Of a stretch of DNA of 64,000 nt, positions 18,117 through 28,555 are shown piece after piece. The position numbers and the translations under genes were made by a program. Below the pieces are notes generated by a model. That model was given only the letters and a program-made list of their open reading frames with translations. It was not told the origin of the DNA and ran no database searches. The DNA comes from an uncultured archaeon (lineage in GTDB: Archaea; Asgardarchaeota; Lokiarchaeia; Sigyniarchaeales; SOKP01), in assembly GCA_964508365.1 (NCBI GenBank), contig CAZDTP010000005.1:1-64000 (forward strand), written 5' to 3'. Each line of letters starts with the position of its first letter. Position 1 is the first letter of the stretch.

Positions 18117-19022
18117 CTAATAAAAGGGTTGATCCTTGATATCTGGAATTTTTACTTGAGGAGCGTTTTTCCTTATATATTTGAGCGATTTTATCGTTTC
18201 ATCCTTAGTTAATTCAAAGACAACAGGACCATCGAAATTCTTTTGATGGATCATATTTAAAAATTCGGGGGGAAAATTCTTTCCAGTTCCTAAAGCGCTA
18301 TGATCAGAGAAAAGATTATCGTCGTTGAAGTCTTGGAGATGAATTTCGGCAGTTATATCTAAATATTTTTCTGTGATTTTGAGCAAATCGTGATTTCCTG
18401 AAAACCCACCAAGAACATGTGCGGTATCTATACACAGCTTTGTCTTCAATTTTTTAATGATTTTAATTGTAGCTTCAAAAGGAAATACAATATTTTCTAT
18501 AGCGATTTTACTTCTTTTTATATCGGTTTCTTCTATGAACCTCTCAATGCTTTGTATGGCATTAACAGAGAATAACTCCGATGTAATTTCTTTGATTTGA
18601 GGATTCTCGATAAATTCTATAACGCTTGCAACGGTTTCACCAGTGGGATGCAAAACAAAGACATCAACATCGTCTACTAATTCTTTAATAGAATTGTAGG
18701 CATGTATTAAAGAATTAACACTTCCTTCGCGTATGAATTCATTTGGACCTCCAAGATCTAGGCTTAAAAAAGGAAGATGAGCAGAGTAGGTGATATCGTA
18801 TTCACTTTTGATGTCTTGTAATATTTTTATTTGATTAATATCCATTGTAATTGGAAAAACTTGAAACAAATCCAACGCAATCTCAAAATGCTGATAACCA
18901 GACACAGCAGCTCTTTTAATCAAGTCAGAAAATCTGAATTCTGATATTCCATCCAAACCTTTTTTGGCAAGGATTCCATCAATTAAAAGATCATAAGTCA
19001 TAGGTGAAATTCCGAATCTCAT
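18117..19022 (-). CDS. Xylose-isomerase-like TIM barrel (AP endonuclease 2 / sugar phosphate isomerase-epimerase family)
   Basis: SAHLP, VLHP, IAIENI, CIDTAH, EIHLQD, DHSALG, VVFEL metal-ligand pattern. Confidence 0.8.
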   Translation of the reverse strand: MRFGISPMTYDLLIDGILAKKGLDGISEFRFSDLIKRAAVSGYQHFEIALDLFQVFPITMDINQIKILQDIKSEYDITYSAHLPFLSLDLGGPNEFIREGSVNSLIHAYNSIKELVDDVDVFVLHPTGETVASVIEFIENPQIKEITSELFSVNAIQSIERFIEETDIKRSKIAIENIVFPFEATIKIIKKLKTKLCIDTAHVLGGFSGNHDLLKITEKYLDITAEIHLQDFNDDNLFSDHSALGTGKNFPPEFLNMIHQKNFDGPVVFELTKDETIKSLKYIRKNAPQVKIPDIKDQPFY

Positions 19023-19130
19023 ACCATAAAGTCAACAATATTCTGCAATTATATATAAATTGTTAAAAGGGGCTTAGTTTTTAAATTTTAATTTCTTTTT
19101 TACATTACTATATAAACATCAAGCTTTATC

Positions 19131-20306
19131 ATGAGATTATCAAAAAGAGAAAGAGTTATTAGGACATTAGAACTCGATGACAACATTGACAAGTTACCCG
19201 TTCATTATCTCGGTTTTGAAAAATCAGCCAGTTCTTATCAGAGATTTCTAAAAACTGACGAATATAATAAACATAAAACATTCATAGAAAATGAATACTC
19301 TAGGGTAAAATATTGTTGGGCAGGTGATATTACAGAACTACGATTCTGGAATGTTGATTGCCATTCCATGGATCCCTGGGGCCCAAAAAAATTCAAAGAA
19401 CCTGTAAAGCGTGCTCCTCCGGAATATCCAGATTGTAACATCAGTGCGATTGATGGAAGATTATGGAAACTGGTTAAACAAGTTGATACGGGTATAGCTT
19501 ATTTGTGGTACGTAGATGGATATTTCCGAACTCCAGAAATAGTAAATCATTACTGGGATAAATATGGAAAACCTTCAGAACAGGTCAATGATAAGCTTAA
19601 TTATATACCCCGAATTTGGGATGGATTTGTAGATTCTCTAAAAAAGTATTTATATCCAATGGCGTTCGTACCTGTTGCTATTCATGAATCTTTATTTGAA
19701 GGGATGACAATGAGCCGTGTAGCCTACTATATGCGAAAAAATCCCCAATTTATCCATGAAGTTCTTAACGAATACACCAAATTAAATATTGAAGTCATTA
19801 AACGCGTTCACGAAGCTGGGGTAGATATAATCTTCTATTCAGACGATTTAGGTTATAAAGGGCGCTCAATTTTATCAATTGAGCAGTTTAAGAAGTTTAT
19901 TCTGCCATATTATAAAAAAATATATGAAGCGTGTAAGCAAAGAGGAATGTTTATCGTCCAACACTCTTGTGGATATATTGATGACAATTTACCTTCTATG
20001 GCAGATGCGGGACTTAATTGCATTCAAGCACTTGAACCAGCAGCAGGTGTCGATTTAGTTCACCTAAAGCAAACTCTTGGTGACAAAATAAGCTTTATGG
20101 GGGGAATAGATTCAAGTCGGATTCTTAATTTTGGAACACTTGATGACATTGTTCAGGAAGTAAAACGGTGTGTGAAAGCAGCAGGGCATAACGGGGGTTA
20201 TTTTGTTGGTCCTAGCCATAATATTTTAACTACTCCTTGGGAAAATATCAAGGTATTGCGAAATGCAATCGAAAAATACCGCAAATACCCAATAAATTTA
20301 AATTAA
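19131..20306 (+). CDS. URO-D / MtaA-CmuA family protein (paralogue 3; close to paralogue 1)
   Basis: MRLSKRERV start like MGLSKRERV; YSDDLGY, QHSCG, GPSHN, AIEKYRKYP. Confidence 0.88.
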   Translation: MRLSKRERVIRTLELDDNIDKLPVHYLGFEKSASSYQRFLKTDEYNKHKTFIENEYSRVKYCWAGDITELRFWNVDCHSMDPWGPKKFKEPVKRAPPEYPDCNISAIDGRLWKLVKQVDTGIAYLWYVDGYFRTPEIVNHYWDKYGKPSEQVNDKLNYIPRIWDGFVDSLKKYLYPMAFVPVAIHESLFEGMTMSRVAYYMRKNPQFIHEVLNEYTKLNIEVIKRVHEAGVDIIFYSDDLGYKGRSILSIEQFKKFILPYYKKIYEACKQRGMFIVQHSCGYIDDNLPSMADAGLNCIQALEPAAGVDLVHLKQTLGDKISFMGGIDSSRILNFGTLDDIVQEVKRCVKAAGHNGGYFVGPSHNILTTPWENIKVLRNAIEKYRKYPINLN

Positions 20307-20341
20307 AACGCATTCGAAAATAAGAAAAAAAATATATTAGA

Positions 20342-20578
20342 TTAAGGTAAAAATTGAGAGAGAATTATAATTGCTGGATTTAAAATCGCGCTATCACCCT
20401 CCCAGATTCTCCCTTTAGAAGCTTCAATTCTAAAACCACTCAGAGAAGCAATAGGAAATTCTATTCGTTCTTTTTTGCTTGCGATAAAAAATGTTTTCTG
20501 ATATATGCCACACTCTTTTAACACAAAAATTAACATGGAATGTTCAGTTCCATCCTTTAAGGTAACTATTATATTCAT
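20342..20578 (-). CDS. Small hypothetical protein (tandem paralogue A)
   Basis: Clear sequence similarity to the neighbouring 83-aa ORF (LKDGT.H.MLI..LK..GI....FFI....R.E.P..S..GF.IEA); GTG-like ribosome-binding site before the ATG. Confidence 0.75.
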   Translation of the reverse strand: MNIIVTLKDGTEHSMLIFVLKECGIYQKTFFIASKKERIEFPIASLSGFRIEASKGRIWEGDSAILNPAIIILSQFLP

Positions 20579-20650
20579 TTTAACACGCCTTCTTGATTTA
20601 CATTTCTATTTTAATTAATTTTTTTTTTAATACTAGTAGTACAGAGATTA

Positions 20651-20902
20651 TCATGTCGAGTGTTTAGAAAGAATACCAACTGCTGTAATTAAATATGTTT
20701 GAGTACTTTCATGAAGAAGATATGTACGTGCTGCTTCAATCTTAAAACCATCAATAGAATCAAAAGGAATTTCAAGGCGACCTTCTTTATGGTTTTCGAT
20801 AAAAAAGTTATTATCGTTAATACCAGATGCTTTTAATCTATCAATTAACATTTTGTGCTGAGTTCCATCTTTTAAGAAAATTATTAAATCCAATAGATTC
20901 AC
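20651..20902 (-). CDS. Small hypothetical protein (tandem paralogue B)
   Basis: Paralogue of 20342-20578; GTG start. Confidence 0.75.
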   Translation of the reverse strand: MNLLDLIIFLKDGTQHKMLIDRLKASGINDNNFFIENHKEGRLEIPFDSIDGFKIEAARTYLLHESTQTYLITAVGILSKHST

Positions 20903-20994
20903 CCTTTTTAGATTTTAATTGTGAATGTTAGATAATATAAACCCACTTATACTATAAAAATCTTCAACTTTTTTATAAAAAAATTAGGAATATA

Positions 20995-23136
20995 TTATTT
21001 TTTAAGAATTGCGATTACAGGGGACAACGGGGGAATCTCTATTTCAAAATTAGATTCTTTAAATATTAAACCATATAATAATTCATTTTTTCCATTGTAG
21101 AATTCTGCTTTGCTGACTTGAAGCCTATATTTTGAGAAGTCTGACTGAATATTCACTCTTTTTTTTCTGCTAGTTAGATTAAAAGCAGTAATAACACCCG
21201 ATGTGTTATCTTCAGCCACGTGAAGATGTACGTTGTAATCCAGACCAAAAAATGTCCCTCGAGTTATAATAGATTTAACTGTTTTATAAAGAAGCATCGC
21301 ATGTTGTAGAGCTTTGTATTTTGGACTATTTCTATCTTTCAGCCCGCCAATCCCTAAATGTCTAGCAAGAGAGGCATACCACCAAAATTGCAGCATGTTC
21401 TCGTTATCGCTATTTTCATTAATATGTAAGTATAGGGGGATAGAATAAGCTAAATTGTATTCAAAAAGCTGCGTTGCCCTACCAGATAATAAATCCTGCA
21501 TAGGATTCCACATACATTCAAATCCCCAATTCTCGTCAAAACTGTGTGGAAGGCTGTGTTGATAATATAACGGATGTCGTGGTTTTACCCCTCTATCATG
21601 CGCCTCTATAAGAATGTGGGGAAAATTCTTCTTTACATTCTGAATCACCTTAAAGATATTTTCAGCATGGGTTTGTCTTCTCATAGGGACTTCATGACCG
21701 TGTTCTTTGCTAAAACACCCAAGATCGTCTGCCATAAACATTGAAAGGTCTGTGAAATCAAACATGAAGAAATCTACTCCTTCTTTCGCTATTTCTAATA
21801 ATCTCCGCGTTTTTTCTTCTATCCAATGATCATTAGCGCATAAGCAAAAGAGGTTAATATATGGATCTGAAACAACCTTGACTCCTTTTCTTGATCTAAG
21901 GTACCATTCCTCAGGAGCATCCTTACCTTCAAAATTCATCATTAGATGCAGAGCTAATTTCAATCCATATTTGTTGTGAATTGTCTCAGAAAACTCTTTT
22001 AGAGGACCAAAGCGTTCTTCGTTCCAGATTTCAGAACCTAGTGCTGTGTTCCAACCTGGATCGAGATATAAACATTCTGCACCAATATCCTTAGCTAGAG
22101 ATGCCTCTTCATATAATTGCTCTAATGTATAAACTTCAAATTCTATACCTTCAACAAAAAAACCAGTTTTTTCTGAAATCCATCCTAAGTTGTATAATTC
22201 ATTCCAATGAACAGGTGGATCATAATCATCTTTAAATTTATGCCCTTTTTCTTCAAGATGACTTCTGTAAAGATAATAACCATTCTTATAATCACCCTCA
22301 TAAGCAGCATATCTCGATACTCCAAATGAATAACTTTCGTATGGATCCAACCTTGTAACTGCTTCAGGATTACCCTCGTAAAGCTTAACACCTCCAAAAA
22401 TAATGTATACATCTTCAACGCCTCTTCCAGGTAGCTCATTTCCAAAGCGGAAAAATCTAGAATATTCCATCTTTGAGGGATTATAATTACATGTTAATAA
22501 TCCTCCTTTGGAATTACCCCAAAGCCAACCTTCATCGCAAAATCCTGGCATTTCAACGGAAACATCAACCCACGCTTTAAAAACGAGGTCATTTGCAGTA
22601 TAAAAATCTTTTTTACGATCATCTCCATATCGATAATATCTACGTGTAGGTATTGATGTTAATGTATACTCATCTAAATGATCATTCCAGCCAGAATATT
22701 GCTTAAATAATGCCTTCTTAAAACCCATATTTATTAATCCTAATTTAGCTTTCTTTCCACTATTATTAATAATTGTTATATATTCGTCCAACCATTTACT
22801 TTCGTTTCTAAGAATGAATTTTTGCGATATATTTATGTCTATTCCTTCAAATTTCCCTTCAATAATTAAGGTATCAGTTCCATCATATCGAATTTGTCTC
22901 GATACTAGTTCTTTTGCGTTGTATTCTGAATTTGCACCGAACAAATAAGCATATCGAGACCCTTTTTTACTTGATTTCAAAAGACGATAATGGTAATCTT
23001 CATCAGCATATGTTTCATTAGTTATTTTACTCTTAAGTTTATATTTATACTTATGATCATCTTCTTGAATTTGTAAAATCCAATATAGGTTTTCAAGTTT
23101 ATATACTGTCATATCCACGATTTCCAATATATACAA
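20995..23136 (-). CDS. Putative glycoside hydrolase, GH36/clan-D-like TIM barrel
   Basis: N-terminal beta-supersandwich-like region, PVHWNEL, CLYLDPGWN (cf. LDDGW), GLKLALHL, VDFFMFDF (cf. DYIKWD nucleophile); likely start is MTVYKL. Confidence 0.65.
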   Translation of the reverse strand: MYILEIVDMTVYKLENLYWILQIQEDDHKYKYKLKSKITNETYADEDYHYRLLKSSKKGSRYAYLFGANSEYNAKELVSRQIRYDGTDTLIIEGKFEGIDINISQKFILRNESKWLDEYITIINNSGKKAKLGLINMGFKKALFKQYSGWNDHLDEYTLTSIPTRRYYRYGDDRKKDFYTANDLVFKAWVDVSVEMPGFCDEGWLWGNSKGGLLTCNYNPSKMEYSRFFRFGNELPGRGVEDVYIIFGGVKLYEGNPEAVTRLDPYESYSFGVSRYAAYEGDYKNGYYLYRSHLEEKGHKFKDDYDPPVHWNELYNLGWISEKTGFFVEGIEFEVYTLEQLYEEASLAKDIGAECLYLDPGWNTALGSEIWNEERFGPLKEFSETIHNKYGLKLALHLMMNFEGKDAPEEWYLRSRKGVKVVSDPYINLFCLCANDHWIEEKTRRLLEIAKEGVDFFMFDFTDLSMFMADDLGCFSKEHGHEVPMRRQTHAENIFKVIQNVKKNFPHILIEAHDRGVKPRHPLYYQHSLPHSFDENWGFECMWNPMQDLLSGRATQLFEYNLAYSIPLYLHINENSDNENMLQFWWYASLARHLGIGGLKDRNSPKYKALQHAMLLYKTVKSIITRGTFFGLDYNVHLHVAEDNTSGVITAFNLTSRKKRVNIQSDFSKYRLQVSKAEFYNGKNELLYGLIFKESNFEIEIPPLSPVIAILKK

Positions 23137-23180
23137 TATTTATAATTTAATTTTAAAAACAAATTAATTTAATTAAATTT

Positions 23181-23285
23181 TCAATTTTTAAGAATCGCAA
23201 TAATTGGTGACATAGGAGGAATATCTACCGTAAACTTATTATGAACTTGTTCTAATATAAAGATTTTCTCATTTAAACCAAAGGA
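23181..23285 (-). pseudogene. Orphan 3' tip of a paralogue of the adjacent GH36-like gene
   Basis: Minus strand reads PSFGLNEKIFILEQVHNKFTVDIPPMSPIIAILKN*, versus the neighbour's C-terminus ...GKNE...NFEIEIPPLSPVIAILKK*. Confidence 0.8.
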
Positions 23286-23440
23286 TGGTTAGTATCTCTA
23301 CAATTTTCCCCTTTATTGGTAAAACTTGTCAGTTAAAAAAGGGAAATATTTAAAATAGAAAAAGTTGATTAGTAATAATTAAAATTTTTTATAAGAATTT
23401 AGAAATTAAAAAAATCTATAAATCTAAAATTGGTGTTTTT

Positions 23441-24886
23441 ATGACAGAAAATGATGAAACAACTTCAAGACATTCTTTTTTTACTTATCTATCTTTTGGT
23501 ACGTACAATATCCTATGGACAATTCCAACAGCAACAATGAGTCTTTTCATGTTTTTTTTTTATCATACAGTTGTAGGACTTCAGGCAGGTTGGATCTTGA
23601 CTGTCGTTGCTATAAATACCGTGTGGGCTGGTCTTAACGACCCTTTAATAGGGTGGCTAACTGATCGAAATTTTAAGTGGACAAGAAAATGGGGTCGACG
23701 CTTTCCGTGGATAGCAATCGCATTTATTCCACAGTCTTTAGCTTTAATCATGATATTTTCTCCTCCAGATCTACCAAAGGATTCCCTTGGTGTACTGATA
23801 AATCCTTTGCCAGTGATGCTTTGGCTTTTGCTCTCCTTGTTTATGTTTGATTTATTTATTACGATGGTAGAAATCCATACATCTATACTTCGTGCTGATA
23901 AATTTCGAACAGAAACAGAAAGAAGGAAATACGCAGGATCTTGGGGTTTCTTTGACATGATTGCACAAGTCATGGGAATGATGCTTCCACCGCTTTTTCT
24001 GTTTTTTGGAGCCACAATATTATCATACACAGTTATGGCAGCAATTATAGCAGTAATAGGAATTATTTTTGGCATAATGTTCGTTATGAAGGGTGCTCGG
24101 GAGGATAAAATCATTATTGATCGATATTACTCAAGAGACTACGAACGAATCCATGTATTTAAAGGTGTATGGCTAGTTCTTAAACAAAAAAGCTTTATGG
24201 CTCTCTTTTTTCATTACGTTCTATGGCTCGCGGCTACTGCATCGATAATGACTGGAATGATAGCGTATTTAGTAACATTTATTTTCAAATCTAACGATCC
24301 GGATGCAATGATCCCATTTCTCGCACTTTTTCTCTTGGGATCATTAATTTCTATTCCAATTTGGCTCAAAATTCTTAAGAAAATGAATAACAATAAGAAA
24401 ACCTACGTTATCGGAAGCCTTATATTATGTGCACTTACTGTGCCACTCACCTTTTTCCAAGGAGATCTTTCTTTAATGATTATCATATTTTTGGTGGGTT
24501 TTGGAAATGGATGTGTGTGGTCTATTGGAATGCCAGTATTGTATTCGAACGCACAAGATGATTTTGTTGTGCGTACTGGGAAGAACCAGAAAGGTATCAT
24601 GGTTGGTACTTGGGCAGTAATAGGACTCGCTACAGCTTTTATTGACGAAGCATTAATAACATTGGTATTTACATTTACCGGATTTGATGCAGGACTAGTA
24701 GATTATGCCGCTTTAGTTGCTTCTGGAGCAGATGTAGAACTAGTCCAATTGGGAATTCGACTCCTTCTAGGAGTTATCCCTGCGTCGGTCATCTTAGTGG
24801 GTACTTTTATCTTTTGGAAATTCTATCCTCTAACTCAAGAAAAAGTTCTAGAAAACAAAGCTAAGCTAATTGAGCTTGGTTTTTAA
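23441..24886 (+). CDS. GPH family (melibiose/glucuronide:cation symporter-like) MFS transporter
   Basis: WAGLNDPLIGWLTDR, TRKWGRRFPW, about 12 TM segments, GKNQKG, FYPLT. Confidence 0.9.
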   Translation: MTENDETTSRHSFFTYLSFGTYNILWTIPTATMSLFMFFFYHTVVGLQAGWILTVVAINTVWAGLNDPLIGWLTDRNFKWTRKWGRRFPWIAIAFIPQSLALIMIFSPPDLPKDSLGVLINPLPVMLWLLLSLFMFDLFITMVEIHTSILRADKFRTETERRKYAGSWGFFDMIAQVMGMMLPPLFLFFGATILSYTVMAAIIAVIGIIFGIMFVMKGAREDKIIIDRYYSRDYERIHVFKGVWLVLKQKSFMALFFHYVLWLAATASIMTGMIAYLVTFIFKSNDPDAMIPFLALFLLGSLISIPIWLKILKKMNNNKKTYVIGSLILCALTVPLTFFQGDLSLMIIIFLVGFGNGCVWSIGMPVLYSNAQDDFVVRTGKNQKGIMVGTWAVIGLATAFIDEALITLVFTFTGFDAGLVDYAALVASGADVELVQLGIRLLLGVIPASVILVGTFIFWKFYPLTQEKVLENKAKLIELGF

Positions 24887-24927
24887 ATATATATATTTTT
24901 TTAACTTAAATTTTATGACCTTCTAGT

Positions 24928-26061
24928 TTACACATTTAATGGGTATTTACCATATTTCTTTGCGGTAGAGATCATCGTTAATACATTTTCCAATTTGCAT
25001 GAATTTGTAATATCCGTACAAGCGCTTAACATATATCCCCCACCTTCACCAGCATCGCGAATACAATCTTTGACGGCATTTGTCACATCATCCATAGTAC
25101 CATAAGGCAATAGCTGTGAAACATCAATATTTCCGATTAGGCATAACTTATCTCCATATACCTCCTTCAAATGCTTCAAATTTATGCCTGCCATGGGTTC
25201 TAAAGATTCTACACCGCTGAATCCTGCCTCGACCAGTCCGTCAAAATATGGTTCTGTGAAACCATCTGAGTGAAAGCACACATGTTTTCCCGCTTTTCTC
25301 AATATTTTAATTGCTTCTTTATATGCCGGGATAAATAATTCTCTGTGATATTTTGGATTTATCATTGTTGTACCTTTCAGAGCTGTATCATCGCAAATAA
25401 AGAAAACATCAAAATCTGTTTCAGAGTTTAATTTAGCAGCTTCAACCAATTTTTTTTTTCTTAGATCAATGTAACGTTTAATTTTAGCCTTGTCTTTTCT
25501 TATTAATTTTATTAATAATCCTAGTCCCATCCCCATCCACATTGATTCTAAAATTGGATCAAGATGACAACACGGTACGAATTCATCTGTTGGAAATTTT
25601 TTCAATCTTTTATTAATATTTCTGGCAAAATCTGGAGCTTCTTCCCAATCCATAGCAAAATATGTATCATAGAAATAATCTGCTTTTTCTTCAGAGTCGA
25701 TATAATTTCCAATATAAAAAGCATCTCCTAATTCTCTATTACCTTGATTTAGAAATATTTTGCCATTTAAATCGACATATTTATTCCCCTCGGGCATTTT
25801 TGGTAAAGGATGTTCCTGCATGTATTTAGGAGGAATAAAGTATGGAAATGAGTTAAATCCCCATGCCATATCGTAGCCAAGTTTATATTCTAAATTGTAA
25901 TCTCTATAGGATAACTTAAATTTTCTTTCCTTAATGAAGGAGTCTCCCCAATAATTCAGGAGTGTCTTCTGAAATTCTGGCATGAGAACTTGACAGAAAA
26001 TTGGAATGCGATCAGGCTCTTCATTATTTAAAGCCTTAATTACTCTATCATGAGCATTCAT
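24928..26061 (-). CDS. URO-D / MtaA-CmuA family protein (paralogue 4)
   Basis: ALNNEEPDRIP, ICDDTA, FHSDG, YGDKLCLIGNID, GGGYMLSAC. Confidence 0.88.
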   Translation of the reverse strand: MNAHDRVIKALNNEEPDRIPIFCQVLMPEFQKTLLNYWGDSFIKERKFKLSYRDYNLEYKLGYDMAWGFNSFPYFIPPKYMQEHPLPKMPEGNKYVDLNGKIFLNQGNRELGDAFYIGNYIDSEEKADYFYDTYFAMDWEEAPDFARNINKRLKKFPTDEFVPCCHLDPILESMWMGMGLGLLIKLIRKDKAKIKRYIDLRKKKLVEAAKLNSETDFDVFFICDDTALKGTTMINPKYHRELFIPAYKEAIKILRKAGKHVCFHSDGFTEPYFDGLVEAGFSGVESLEPMAGINLKHLKEVYGDKLCLIGNIDVSQLLPYGTMDDVTNAVKDCIRDAGEGGGYMLSACTDITNSCKLENVLTMISTAKKYGKYPLNV

Positions 26062-26151
26062 ATTAATCCCCTATTATGAATTATTCACGATTACTTATAA
26101 AATACTTTGAAAAGAGAAATTGTTTTATCTTGTATTTGACATATTTTTCCT

Positions 26152-26922
26152 ATGACAATTCGAATTGAGAAAGATTTCCCTATATATACAATTATCATTG
26201 ATAACCCCGAAGTCAAAAATGCGGTTGACGGAATAACTGCTAATGAATTAGCGAGTGCTTTCATGGAATTTGAAAATGAAGAAAAAGCTTTAGTTGCTGT
26301 ACTTTGGGGGGCTAATGGTACTTTTTGTTCGGGTGCAAATTTAAGTGAAATAGCTACAGAAAAAGCAAATAAAGTTGAGATCGATGGAGATGGTCCTATG
26401 GGACCTACAAGAATGAGACTTGCTAAACCAGTCATCGCTGCTGTAGCAGGATATGCTGTAGCAGGGGGTTTAGAGCTTGCTTTATGGTGTGACATGCGTG
26501 TAGTGGAGGAAGATGCAGTTTTTGGTGTTTTTTGTCGACGATTTGGGGTCCCCTTAATTGATGGTGGAACTGTTAGACTTCCTCGATTAATTGGTTTAAG
26601 TCGTGCAATGGATATGATTCTCACTGGACGCCCTGTATATGCTAAAGAGGCATTTGCTTGGGGGCTTGCTAATCGAGTTGTTGAAATAGGTCAATCTAGA
26701 ATAGAAGCAGAAAAATTAGCAAGAGAAATCGCTACTTTTCCACAAACTTGCATGAGAAATGATCGCCTTTCTGCGTATGAACAATTTGGATTTAGTATTA
26801 AAGATGCGATGGTAAAAGAATTTGAATATGGTTTATTAACATTAGAAAGCGGGGAATATTTAGAAGGAAGTCAAAGTTTTACTCAAGGCAAAGGCAAACA
26901 CGGAAATTTTAAAAATTTATAA
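26152..26922 (+). CDS. Enoyl-CoA hydratase/isomerase (crotonase) family protein
   Basis: FCSGANL, KPVIAAVAGYAVAGGLELALWCD, DGGTVRLPRLIG. Confidence 0.92.
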   Translation: MTIRIEKDFPIYTIIIDNPEVKNAVDGITANELASAFMEFENEEKALVAVLWGANGTFCSGANLSEIATEKANKVEIDGDGPMGPTRMRLAKPVIAAVAGYAVAGGLELALWCDMRVVEEDAVFGVFCRRFGVPLIDGGTVRLPRLIGLSRAMDMILTGRPVYAKEAFAWGLANRVVEIGQSRIEAEKLAREIATFPQTCMRNDRLSAYEQFGFSIKDAMVKEFEYGLLTLESGEYLEGSQSFTQGKGKHGNFKNL

Positions 26923-26946
26923 AAAAATAAATGATTTGAAAATAAT

Positions 26947-27366
26947 ATGATTATATTTGAGGAATTTAGGGTAAAAACCACGGAAAGAGAAGTTTTAGTT
27001 GAAATTACTAATGAAATTAAAAAAATAGTAAAAAATTCTAATATTAACGAAGGCGCCTGCTGCATATTCGTACCTCACACTACTGCGGGAATAACTATAA
27101 ACGAAAACGCAGATCGATCCGTAATGAAAGATGTTGCGAATTATCTAAATAAGTTAATTCCTAAAGGTGGAGGATTAGGTTACTATTTTAAGCATAGTGA
27201 AGGGAATTCTGATGCTCATATTAAATGTTCATTAACGGGAAATTCAATATATGTTTTAATTCACGAGGGTAAATTAATATTAGGAACATGGCAAGGCATA
27301 ATGTTCGCAGAATATGATGGACCAAGAAATAGAAAGGTATTTGTTCAAATTACGGGAGAACCATGA
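26947..27366 (+). CDS. yjbQ: YjbQ/UPF0047 family protein
   Basis: HTTAGITINEN, HSEGNSDAHIK, LGTWQGI, EYDGPR. Confidence 0.92.
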   Translation: MIIFEEFRVKTTEREVLVEITNEIKKIVKNSNINEGACCIFVPHTTAGITINENADRSVMKDVANYLNKLIPKGGGLGYYFKHSEGNSDAHIKCSLTGNSIYVLIHEGKLILGTWQGIMFAEYDGPRNRKVFVQITGEP

Positions 27367-27370
27367 ATTA

Positions 27371-28555
27371 TTAATATTTCTTATCGACTAAAAATTTAGA
27401 TATAATAAGAGATATAATCATCAAACCAAAAACAACATAGAAGGGAAAAAAGATATCTATTTCACCTATAGGGCTCATGATCATTGGAGCAATTGCCCCA
27501 CAGAAAAACCCAATCGCATTATTGAATCCGATCCCCGAACCCTTTAAGTCGGGTCGAATATCTTCAATTACTTCTAATAAAAGGGTATTCCCCGCGGGAT
27601 CAAACAACGCTATTCCTATTCCTAAAAATGAAACAATAATTAAAAAACCAGGTAGGTTCGAAACAAAATCTGGGAAAAAGAAAGAAATTCCGAAAACCAT
27701 AACTATAAATTGTCCTATCATCATCAATCTTCGAGGACCATATCGATTTAATAACTTGCTGGAAATAAAAATAAACACAACATAAAGTGCTATAATAGCC
27801 AGCATTATATAACTTGAAGTAATTTCACTTAAACCAAAACCTTGTATATTGTCTTGTAATACCCATATCAAATAGGCAGTAATAAATCCAAATAAAAACC
27901 ATCTCACACAATTAGTTAATAGTGAAAAGATATATTGACGCTCTTTAAGGAGAATCTTTATATTTTTTATTTTGAAATCCATATTTTTATTTTGATCCTC
28001 AATCGTCTTAGTATTGCCATTCTCTCTTAGTACGAAAAAAATAAGTATAATGCAAAAACAAATTAGAAATCCTGATATCAAGAAAATGCTCCGAAATCCT
28101 AAGAAACTCGCAATGTAACCTCCTAATATGAATCCAAGAAAGTATCCCACATTCATGCATAAAGAATAATAGCCCATTCCTTTACTGTGTTGATTTTTTT
28201 TGTATAAATCACCTATAATTGCTTGTAGAATTGAAGTGTAAGCACCCGCTCCTTGAATTGCTCTGTAGATGATCAATTGGATTACGCTTTGAGCTGTAAA
28301 GCATAAAAATGTTCCTAGTAAGTATATAAGCATTCCGAATAGGACCATTTTTCGACGTCCTAATTTATCTGAGATTGCTGCATAAGGATATTGAAAAATG
28401 CATTGAGTCACGGAAAAAGTGCCAATTATAATTCCATAAGATGTGAGAGATCCCCCTACACTTTCAACAAATGAAGGTAACCCGATTTCAACGATGCTCA
28501 TCCCCATGCTTCTGAACGCAACAGACATCAGAACGACAGTTAATAGTATCCTCAT
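27371..28555 (-). CDS. MFS transporter
   Basis: SDKLGRRK motif A, RAIQGAG, about 12 TM segments. Confidence 0.9.
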   Translation of the reverse strand: MRILLTVVLMSVAFRSMGMSIVEIGLPSFVESVGGSLTSYGIIIGTFSVTQCIFQYPYAAISDKLGRRKMVLFGMLIYLLGTFLCFTAQSVIQLIIYRAIQGAGAYTSILQAIIGDLYKKNQHSKGMGYYSLCMNVGYFLGFILGGYIASFLGFRSIFLISGFLICFCIILIFFVLRENGNTKTIEDQNKNMDFKIKNIKILLKERQYIFSLLTNCVRWFLFGFITAYLIWVLQDNIQGFGLSEITSSYIMLAIIALYVVFIFISSKLLNRYGPRRLMMIGQFIVMVFGISFFFPDFVSNLPGFLIIVSFLGIGIALFDPAGNTLLLEVIEDIRPDLKGSGIGFNNAIGFFCGAIAPMIMSPIGEIDIFFPFYVVFGLMIISLIISKFLVDKKY

